Assembly (NCBI GenBank): GCA_038279365.1
Contig: JAYODI010000112.1
Span: 1-14,537, forward strand
Source: Candidatus Latescibacterota bacterium
Lineage (GTDB): Bacteria > Latescibacterota > UBA2968
Direction of reading: 5' to 3'
Length of the DNA stretch: 14,537 nucleotides
Shown: positions 7,408 through 14,537 of the stretch, in pieces
Layout of the letters: the number at the start of each line of letters is the position of its first letter
Position numbering within the stretch: position 1 is the first letter of the stretch
The notes under the pieces: model-generated
What the model was told of the DNA's origin: nothing
Database searches by the model: none
Seen by the model: only the letters and a program-made list of their open reading frames with translations
Made by a program: the position numbers and the translations under genes

Positions 7408-8364
7408 ATGTGTGCTTTTCGATGCAACCGATGGGTGTTTGTTATGGTCTTTGTGATTGCTTTGGGGAGTCCTAAACTTATAACGGCTCAGATTTCGTCT
7501 ACTGAACAAGCCGTGATGAACAAGATTTTGAAACTAAAAGCGGAGATTGACCAACTGATGATGAAACCTGGTTCATCGTCAGACAAAGTCGCCATGGATA
7601 AGGTGATGGATATGAAACGGGATATCGATACCTTTTTGGACTTGTTGCCTCCGCATTTGCAAACACAAGTGCAAAACAAGATGGCACAATCTGTGGGACA
7701 GGCAGCAAGTGGGCTTGGAGGCATGGCAGAACCCGAATTGCCTTTTGTGATGGCGCCACAAGAATTGCAGAAAGTAGAGATGGCATTGATGCGAAATCAG
7801 CTCCATTCGTTGAAGCGGATCGGGGGTGTTCTGCGACAGAGCGGTCATTTGGATGCACAAACGCAGGGGTTGTGGGTTGCATTTCTTGAAAGTGTGGCAG
7901 GCAGTGGCATGCCGGCCGATGTGGGGTTAATGACAAAATATGTGATGCGTGAAGCATTTGCAGCAGAAAATGAGGGATTAGAATCTTTAGGTGGGAAACT
8001 GCGGTTTTATCGGGATATGCGATCTAAAATGAAGGCAGAGATTGAGAAAGTAGAAAAGATGGTGAATGCGGTGCCAGAAGAAGATGGGCCATTGCTTGAG
8101 ACCATTAAAAAAAAGCAATTTAGCTTGGGACTAAATGGAGAAGCAATGGTTCGGGAAGGCGAAGAGGTATCGCAAAAAGAAGGTGCAAAGCAATATCTTA
8201 AAACGTTGAAAAATGACTTGGCACAAATGAATGAACAGGCAGAGAAGGTCAACTTGGAGTTGGAAGCGGCTCTTTTGAAACAGCAACCGAAAATGAAGAT
8301 GATGTCGGAGGTTTCTCAAAAGTTGCAAGAGGCCGGGATGGCCGTTGTTCAAGAGGGGCATTAA
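7408..8364 (+). CDS. Secreted, mostly alpha-helical / coiled-coil hypothetical protein
   Basis: 318-aa ORF with codon style like its neighbours, SD-like GAAGGGG (7394-7400), N-terminal hydrophobic stretch WVFVMVFVIALG…ITA|Q, and heptad-like segments rich in E/K/Q/M/L. Confidence 0.8.
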   Translation: MCAFRCNRWVFVMVFVIALGSPKLITAQISSTEQAVMNKILKLKAEIDQLMMKPGSSSDKVAMDKVMDMKRDIDTFLDLLPPHLQTQVQNKMAQSVGQAASGLGGMAEPELPFVMAPQELQKVEMALMRNQLHSLKRIGGVLRQSGHLDAQTQGLWVAFLESVAGSGMPADVGLMTKYVMREAFAAENEGLESLGGKLRFYRDMRSKMKAEIEKVEKMVNAVPEEDGPLLETIKKKQFSLGLNGEAMVREGEEVSQKEGAKQYLKTLKNDLAQMNEQAEKVNLELEAALLKQQPKMKMMSEVSQKLQEAGMAVVQEGH

Positions 8365-8397
8365 ATTTTTGAGATCACAGATGTGAAAGGATGTGTT

Positions 8398-10377
8398 ATG
8401 GGACAAACAGATTTGCGATTTCGACAGATTCACTTGGATTTTCACACCAGTGAAGCAATTGCGGGCATTGGTGATCGGTTTGATGCAGAGCAATTTGCAG
8501 ATACACTGGTAAAAGCACGGGTCAATTCGATTACGTGTTTTGGACGGTGTCATCATGGTTGGATTTATTACGAGACGGAAAAATTTAAAGAACGCATGCA
8601 CCCGCACATGACGCGCAATTTATTGAAGGAGCAAATAGAGGCTTGCCATGCAAAAGACATTCGTGTGCCCATTTATTTGACGGTGCAGTGGGATCAATAT
8701 ACGTCTGAGCGACATCCAGAATGGTTGGTTATGGATGATGCGGGCAAACAAATGGGAACCCCACCTTATGAGGCCGGGTTTTATAGGCGGTTGGCGGTAA
8801 ATTCGGGGTATTACGATTTTTTGAAAGCACACGTAGCCGATCTGTTTGAATTGTTGCCTGTAGATGGTTTGTTTTTTGACATTGTACAACCCTTGGACGA
8901 TTCATCTTACTTTAGTCGTCAGCAAATGCTGGCAAAGGGGATGAACCCTTCATTGATACAAGATCGCAAACATTTTGGGCTTGAGGTGATTAATACGTTT
9001 AAAACCGACATGAGTGCGTTTATTAGAACATTAGATAAAGACTGCACGATCTTTTATAATGCAGGGCATATCGGACCACGCCAACGATCAGTATCTCAAG
9101 CCTACTCTCATTTTGAGTTGGAGTCGTTGCCCAGTGGTGGATGGGGATACGTCCATTTTCCTATGGCGGTACGCTATGCACGTGGTTTGGGGTTAGACTG
9201 TATGGGTATGACAGGTAAGTTTCATACGTCTTGGGGCGATTTTCATTCGTTTAAAAACCCAGAGGCGTTGCAGTATGAATGTTTTCAAATGTTGGCGCAT
9301 GGCGCAAAGTGTAGCGTGGGTGATCAACTGCCCCCGCATGGCGAAATTTGTCAGACAACGTACAATCTCATTGGCTCTGTCTATTCGGAAGTAGAAAAGA
9401 AAGAGCCTTGGTGTGTGGGTGCTGTGCCACTGGTGGATATTGCATTGATGACAACGGAAGAGTTTACGGGCGAGCGTATTCCCACACCTGTTGCGGGTGC
9501 AGTGCGTTTGTTGCAAGAGGCGGGGTATCAGTTTGATATTGTGGATACACAATCGGATCTGTCACCTTATAAGGTTTTGATATTGCCCGATGAAGTGCCT
9601 GTTTTGGGTGATTTTGCTAAAAAGTTAGATGCGTATGTGAAGGCGGGGGGGGCTCTTATTGCCAGTTATAAGTCGGGATTAAATGAAGCGGGTGATGCTT
9701 TTGCATTGGATGTTTTGGGCGTAAATTATGTGGGAGATGCGCCATACTGCCCAGATTTTTTGTTGCCGCGTGAGGCCTTGGCTAAAAAAGTGCCTCAAAC
9801 AGAACACGTGATGTATTTGAAAGGGCTGGAAGTTTCTGCACGTGCAGGTGCAGAAGTGTTGGCCGATGGTGTTGTGCCTTATTTTAACCGCACTTGGGAA
9901 CATTTTTGCTCGCACCGACACACACCTTCAGCAGGTGCGGTAGGCTATCCTGGGATTGTGAAAAATGGGCAAAGTATATATTTTATGCATCCTGTATTTA
10001 GCCAGTATGCCAAGAATGCACCGCGATGGGTGAAGCAGTTGGTGGTCAATGTACTTGATGAGGTGTTGCCAGAACCCATTTTGCGTTTGGATGCCCCATC
10101 TACCACATTGTCTACTGTAAATGCACAACCCCAGGAGAATCGATGGGTGGTTCATTTGTTGCATTATATTCCTGAACGGCGTGGGCAAGATTTTGATGTG
10201 ATTGAAGATGTGATTCCGATTTATAATGTGGGTGTGTCGGTTCGTGTAGATGGCGATGTGAAAAAAGTTGCAACGGCATTGGGGGGTGAAGCGTTACCTT
10301 TTGAACTGGCAGATGGACGGATTTCTTTTGTTTTGCCCAAGTTAGAAGGGCATGAAATGATCGTGTTGGTTTTTTAA
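8398..10377 (+). CDS. Glycoside hydrolase, GH151 alpha-L-fucosidase-like (GHL6-type TIM barrel + beta-galactosidase trimerisation-like domain)
   Basis: RFRQIHLDFHTS, SITCFGRCHHGW, DGLFFDI, HFELESLPSGGWGY, GMTGKFHTSWGDF, CSVGDQLPP, YKVLILPDEV. Start placed at ATG 8398 after SD AAAGGA. No signal peptide. Confidence 0.82.
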   Translation: MGQTDLRFRQIHLDFHTSEAIAGIGDRFDAEQFADTLVKARVNSITCFGRCHHGWIYYETEKFKERMHPHMTRNLLKEQIEACHAKDIRVPIYLTVQWDQYTSERHPEWLVMDDAGKQMGTPPYEAGFYRRLAVNSGYYDFLKAHVADLFELLPVDGLFFDIVQPLDDSSYFSRQQMLAKGMNPSLIQDRKHFGLEVINTFKTDMSAFIRTLDKDCTIFYNAGHIGPRQRSVSQAYSHFELESLPSGGWGYVHFPMAVRYARGLGLDCMGMTGKFHTSWGDFHSFKNPEALQYECFQMLAHGAKCSVGDQLPPHGEICQTTYNLIGSVYSEVEKKEPWCVGAVPLVDIALMTTEEFTGERIPTPVAGAVRLLQEAGYQFDIVDTQSDLSPYKVLILPDEVPVLGDFAKKLDAYVKAGGALIASYKSGLNEAGDAFALDVLGVNYVGDAPYCPDFLLPREALAKKVPQTEHVMYLKGLEVSARAGAEVLADGVVPYFNRTWEHFCSHRHTPSAGAVGYPGIVKNGQSIYFMHPVFSQYAKNAPRWVKQLVVNVLDEVLPEPILRLDAPSTTLSTVNAQPQENRWVVHLLHYIPERRGQDFDVIEDVIPIYNVGVSVRVDGDVKKVATALGGEALPFELADGRISFVLPKLEGHEMIVLVF

Positions 10378-10402
10378 CATTTTATAGAATGGGATTTTTA
10401 AG

Positions 10403-11122
10403 ATGCGATTTGTAGGCTTGTTGTTGTGTGGTGTTTTTGGTTTGGGTGTTGGTTTCTTGCACGCTCAAGAAGTAGAACAAGAATATATGGCTGTGTTTGT
10501 CAAAGGCAAACGTGTGGGATATCACAATAAAACGCGAAAGGTGTTTGCCGATTCGGTGGTGACCACAGAGTTGATGACCTTTTCTATTCCGGTAGATGAA
10601 GGCACGATTGAAAAATTATCGATAGATGAAACGGTGGAATCGCGGGATGGAAAATTGATTCATTTTCGACACGAAACTGCAAAAGGGGCACGATTGTTTC
10701 GCTTGGCGGGTAGGCGTGATGGGCACCGTTTGCAAATTTCGCTGGTTTCGGATGGGCAAAAACACCAACGAGAATTGGATTGGTCGGAGCCAGCGCTTTT
10801 TGTAGAAGGACGGCATTTGCTTGCTCGGCAAAAAGGCTTAAAAGCAGGGTTGCAATATCAGTATTTGCGGTTTTTTACCGAAGATTTGTCGGTTGGCGAA
10901 GCTTGGGTTTCTGTTTTGGGTGAGGTAGAGGTGGACGTGTTGGGTAAAAAAATGAAGCTTATTGAAACCAAAGAAGAGGTTTCTTTACAAGGGCGAACAT
11001 TGACGTATGTCATTTATCGCGATGCGTCATTCAAACCACTCAAAATAGTTGCGCCTTCTATGTTTATGGAGATGGTTTCCTGTTCTGAGGCTTTTGCCAT
11101 GACGCCATTGGATGAAAATTGA
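10403..11122 (+). CDS. Secreted beta-rich hypothetical protein
   Basis: Signal peptide MRFVGLLLCGVFGLGVGFLHA|Q followed by alternating beta-strand patterns (EYMAVFVKGKRVGY…); 239 aa, 25 nt after the GH stop. Confidence 0.78.
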   Translation: MRFVGLLLCGVFGLGVGFLHAQEVEQEYMAVFVKGKRVGYHNKTRKVFADSVVTTELMTFSIPVDEGTIEKLSIDETVESRDGKLIHFRHETAKGARLFRLAGRRDGHRLQISLVSDGQKHQRELDWSEPALFVEGRHLLARQKGLKAGLQYQYLRFFTEDLSVGEAWVSVLGEVEVDVLGKKMKLIETKEEVSLQGRTLTYVIYRDASFKPLKIVAPSMFMEMVSCSEAFAMTPLDEN

Positions 11123-11154
11123 GATTTGATTGGTGATGGGGAAGGTTGTCGTTT

Positions 11155-11195
11155 TACAGGCACGTCAGGGACTGGTGACGTGCCTGTATTCTTTT
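11155..11195 (+). terminator. Rho-independent terminator / perfect 13-bp hairpin
   Basis: TACAGGCACGTCA-GGGACTGG-TGACGTGCCTGTA followed by TTCTTTT, about 30 nt after the 11122 stop. Confidence 0.8.
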
Positions 11196-11255
11196 GGGTA
11201 TATTGTAGAAATTGAGCGATTAATCGGTGTGCTTTCAGAGTGATAGGAGGATGGG

Positions 11256-13640
11256 GTGTTGGTGCGATTGTTTGTGTGTGTCATTGGAATATTTACACTC
11301 AGTGTGATGCCTGTCATGGCAGAAAGAGTTATTCGCGGTGTGGTGATGGATGAGGAATCGGGTGCGCCTTTGCCACAGGCTACGGTGCAGATATTGGGCA
11401 CGTATGAGGGGGCTATTACCAATTTGGATGGTGCATATGAATTGGTGGTCAAACAGATGCCTGCTGTGGTGCGGGTGAGTTACATTGGTTATCAATCTGT
11501 TGAGATTGTTGTTGTCGAAACGACGGAGGCGGTTCAAAACGTGCAACTCACCCCTGTGCCTATTGTGATGGATGAATTGGTGGTTACGGCAAAAGATATG
11601 GGCCCTAATATTATGCGTAAGGTTATTGCTCAAAAGCAGACATGGTGGAAAGATTTGGAAACGTTTCAGGTGCGGGCTTATTCTCGCTTTACGTATCGCA
11701 ATGAAATTGAGATTGTGGGGGTGGTTGAGCGTTTGTCGGATGCGTATTGGGACAGAGAAAGAGGTTGGCGAGAAATTATTAAAGATAAACGAGAGACCAA
11801 GAATATAAATTGGAACTTTGATCTGCCTGCGGCAGCGGCGGTGAATCTGTATGGTGATGAAATTGAAATTGGTGGGCACAATTTGGTGGGGGTCACGCAC
11901 CCCGATGCGTTGGATCATTACGATTTTAAGCTTTTGGGAAGGCGGTTTTTGGATCGCCAAATGATTTATGACATTGAAGTCATGCCAAAAAATAAGTTGA
12001 AATCGGCATTTACGGGGCGTGTGTCTGTGATAGACAGTGTTTATGCAATGGTTGAGGTGGCGTTGACACCCAATCGGGCCTTTTTGTTTCCGCCACCCAT
12101 TCGGGCACTGGGGATGACGCTGTCTCAGCAATTTAGCAATATGGGCGGTGCATTTTGGTTGCCCATTGGATACCAGTCGGAGATTGCGTTGGAAATTGGG
12201 ATGGTTGGTTTGCAATTTCCACCCATTAAGGCGCGACGTGTTTCGAAGCTTTCCGATTATAGGGTGAATGTGCCTTTGGCCGATTCTTTGTATGGCGAAG
12301 GCACAAACCTTGTCACCGTCGATTCGGTATCTGTTGTGCGCGACAGTTTGATGAGCAAAGCTGGTGTGGTGGTACCCTTGTCTGAAACAGAAGCTGTGGC
12401 TTATGACAATATTGACAGCACCATGACCTTGGAAAAGGCATATAAACCCAAAGGTTTTTTGGCACGGTTTATCGATATGGATGATGACGATGATGGCGGT
12501 GGTGGGAAAAGTAGAAATGAAAAAAGCAAGCTCTCGGTGAATTGGAGACCTGAGGTGTGGTATAATCGGGTAGATGGTGGACACTTGGGATTAAAGGTTG
12601 AAACGGGTACTTCGCGTTCACCATTTGGTATGGGTGCGAGCAGTGCCTATAATGTCAGTTTGAAACGCTGGGCTTTTTCTGGGCAAATCACTGGACGATT
12701 TGGGGAAAAGAAGCGTGGTTTTGTTACCCTATCGGGGTTTCGGGGGACGGATGTGCGGTATACTTCGGCGCTATACGACCGGTTTAAAACGAGCCCGCAA
12801 CAGTTTTTTGGAGACGAAGACTATTTTGATTATTTCTGGAATGAAGGCATGCGGGTAAGAGGTGGGTATCATTTTCGAAAACCGCGGTTGCATTTTGAGG
12901 GGGGGGTGAATGTTGAAAAACATGCATCTGTCGTGAAAACGACAGATTGGAATATTTGGGGAAAGAACAAAATACAGCGCGTGAACCCTAATATTGATGC
13001 TCAGAAGTTTAGATCGGTGGTTGTGGCTGCCATTTTAACAGGTAAAAAACAAGGACCTGCGCCACTTTTTTGGCAACGGAAATTGAAGGTGGAAATTGAA
13101 CACAGTCACACGGGGTGGGGCAGTGATGTGACATTTACGCAATTTAGAATGGTATGGGACTGGCGCTTCGAAACGTTTTTTAAACGGCGTTTGTTGCCCA
13201 ATGTATTGGATGTGCGGGTGGTAGGAAGCACGTATGTGGGGACATTGCCAAGACAGCGGTATGGTATTTTGGATGTGTGGCTGGATGGGTTTACAACATT
13301 TGGTGGCTTTCGCTCTCGGGTGGATCGTCCTTATGAAGGTGAAAAGCACTTTGCGGTGTTTTGGGAGCATAACTTTCGAACGGTACCATTTGAATGGATT
13401 GGCTGGCAGTGGGCAGTCAAACGCAATTGGGGGATTTTGATTCACGGGGCGAATGGACGCACGTGGTTTGGGGCTCAAACGTTGGCCAGCCTAAATTATG
13501 CCCCTATGTATCAGAATGGTTTTCATCATGAAATCGGTGCATCCTTAAATGGTCTTTTTGATTTGGTGCGCATGAATGTGACAAAGCGGTTGGATACATC
13601 GGGGATTTATGGCAGTTTTGAAATCGCGCGGATTTTTTAG
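11256..13640 (+). CDS. Outer-membrane protein with an N-terminal carboxypeptidase-regulatory-like domain and a DUF5686-like region
   Basis: Signal peptide (…PVMA|E); IRGVVMDEESGAPLPQATVQI…GAITNLDGAY…VSYIGY…MDELVVTA (CarboxypepD_reg-like); amphipathic beta-strands in the C-terminal half; terminal Phe (…FEIARIF). GTG start after SD AGGAGG (11245-11250). Confidence 0.8.
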   Translation: MLVRLFVCVIGIFTLSVMPVMAERVIRGVVMDEESGAPLPQATVQILGTYEGAITNLDGAYELVVKQMPAVVRVSYIGYQSVEIVVVETTEAVQNVQLTPVPIVMDELVVTAKDMGPNIMRKVIAQKQTWWKDLETFQVRAYSRFTYRNEIEIVGVVERLSDAYWDRERGWREIIKDKRETKNINWNFDLPAAAAVNLYGDEIEIGGHNLVGVTHPDALDHYDFKLLGRRFLDRQMIYDIEVMPKNKLKSAFTGRVSVIDSVYAMVEVALTPNRAFLFPPPIRALGMTLSQQFSNMGGAFWLPIGYQSEIALEIGMVGLQFPPIKARRVSKLSDYRVNVPLADSLYGEGTNLVTVDSVSVVRDSLMSKAGVVVPLSETEAVAYDNIDSTMTLEKAYKPKGFLARFIDMDDDDDGGGGKSRNEKSKLSVNWRPEVWYNRVDGGHLGLKVETGTSRSPFGMGASSAYNVSLKRWAFSGQITGRFGEKKRGFVTLSGFRGTDVRYTSALYDRFKTSPQQFFGDEDYFDYFWNEGMRVRGGYHFRKPRLHFEGGVNVEKHASVVKTTDWNIWGKNKIQRVNPNIDAQKFRSVVVAAILTGKKQGPAPLFWQRKLKVEIEHSHTGWGSDVTFTQFRMVWDWRFETFFKRRLLPNVLDVRVVGSTYVGTLPRQRYGILDVWLDGFTTFGGFRSRVDRPYEGEKHFAVFWEHNFRTVPFEWIGWQWAVKRNWGILIHGANGRTWFGAQTLASLNYAPMYQNGFHHEIGASLNGLFDLVRMNVTKRLDTSGIYGSFEIARIF

Positions 13641-13680
13641 AAAGACCTGATGGGTTTGTACTGGGTAGGTGAAAATGGTG

Positions 13681-14487
13681 TTATTTGCCAAAAACTTGAG
13701 AAAAAATAATAAAGTCGTTGAAGCCAATTTTTTGGTCGCTGTCTAAATCGTAGCGAGAAGAGTATGTATTATTTGTTGTGGGTTTTTCATAGTTTTGAAT
13801 AAAAAGTAGAAAATCTTGAAAATCACATACGTTGTCGTCGTTGAAGTCTCCGACGCGGTTTGAGCCATATTGAACTTTGAGTGAATACACGGTGCCCGGA
13901 AAGTCTTTAACAAAATACCCCGATTCACTTCCCGTAGGTGATGTGTGATCAACTGTGATGGCTTGGAGTGGGTTTGGGTGATCTTTGATGAGGCGTAATG
14001 TGAACTCCGCCAAGGTGCCTTTGCCAGAAACACCATTTCGCGTTCCTGAAAAGGTAGGTGGTTTGTCTTCGTTGTAAACAAGTTGATAATTGGGGCGTTT
14101 GTTGCCCATGCTGTTGATTTGCCCGTTGAGCAAACTGTCTCCGAGGGTGCTGTTGAGAAAGACGGTACCGTTTAACCAGTTGCCCTGTCGAAACGGAAAG
14201 AAAAAGGAGCGGCTTTGTCTGGCAGGAATGATTTCGAAGTAATCGTCATCAACGGAGAGATAGACGACGACGCCTGTGATATTTTCATTTTGGGCATCTA
14301 CTTTGAGTGCTAAGTGAAATATATCCCCCACTTGGAGAGCTGTGCCATTGGGGGATGGGGTAAGGTGTTGTATGATGAGATGGGCCTTGCCCTCACGAGC
14401 CCCTTCAGATGGTGTAAAAAGGAAGGGCAATAAGAGCCAAATGAATCGGACAAAGAGATGGGGTCTTATAGATTGCAATGATCGCAT
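13681..14487 (-). CDS. Secreted protein with a cohesin-like domain and a C-terminal dockerin/EF-hand-like duplicated motif
   Basis: Hydrophobic N-terminus; VGDIFHLALKVD…ITGVVVYLSVDDDYFEI…SGKGTLAEFTLR (cohesin-like beta-sandwich pattern); C-terminal GDFNDDNVCDFQDFLLF…YDLDSDQKIGFNDFIIFSQVFGK (two DxxxDxxxxxxDF loops). Confidence 0.75.
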   Translation of the reverse strand: MRSLQSIRPHLFVRFIWLLLPFLFTPSEGAREGKAHLIIQHLTPSPNGTALQVGDIFHLALKVDAQNENITGVVVYLSVDDDYFEIIPARQSRSFFFPFRQGNWLNGTVFLNSTLGDSLLNGQINSMGNKRPNYQLVYNEDKPPTFSGTRNGVSGKGTLAEFTLRLIKDHPNPLQAITVDHTSPTGSESGYFVKDFPGTVYSLKVQYGSNRVGDFNDDNVCDFQDFLLFIQNYEKPTTNNTYSSRYDLDSDQKIGFNDFIIFSQVFGK

Positions 14488-14537
14488 TGCTGGTTCTCTA
14501 TTTTTAAATTGCTAAGTAAATTTCCCTAATGTTTTAT

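Noticed and set aside
11235..12584. 449-aa antisense ORF
   Set aside because: It lies opposite the well-supported outer-membrane protein gene and has His/Ile/Gln-rich shadow composition with no motifs.
5699..12906. G8 homopolymers at 5699-5706, 9645-9652 and 12899-12906 as phase-variation tracts
   Set aside because: They are short, all host ORFs are intact, and such runs are expected from the G skew.
14475..14490. GCAATG-ATCG-CATTGC hairpin over the start codon of the cohesin/dockerin gene
   Set aside because: A 6-bp stem is readily expected by chance and there is no other support.
1..14537. CRISPR array, IS element, toxin-antitoxin or anti-phage defence genes
   Set aside because: No regularly spaced repeats and no transposase, nuclease, NTPase or reverse-transcriptase motifs were seen in any ORF.

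Overview
Bacterial chromosomal window with a G+T-rich + strand and no mobile element, integrase or CRISPR array. It holds a minus-strand tRNA-Thr(CGT) with promoter and terminator, and a + strand run of five genes: M55 peptidase, secreted PL1 pectate lyase, DapA-like aldolase, transglutaminase-fold Cys-His-Asp protein and GNAT. That run converges at a bidirectional terminator on a minus-strand esterase plus a second M55 peptidase. Next come a secreted helical protein of unknown function, a GH151/GHL6-like glycoside hydrolase, a secreted hypothetical protein, a CarboxypepD_reg/DUF5686-like outer-membrane protein, and a minus-strand cohesin-like plus dockerin/EF-hand protein. The dockerin style and glycan-degrading content suggest Candidatus Latescibacterota (inference). 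The best leads are the signal-peptide helical protein with a T3SS needle/filament-like C-terminus (7408-8364), the two M55 paralogues around a cytoplasmic transglutaminase-fold hydrolase, and the small cohesin+dockerin protein. All family calls come from motif recognition, not database searches.
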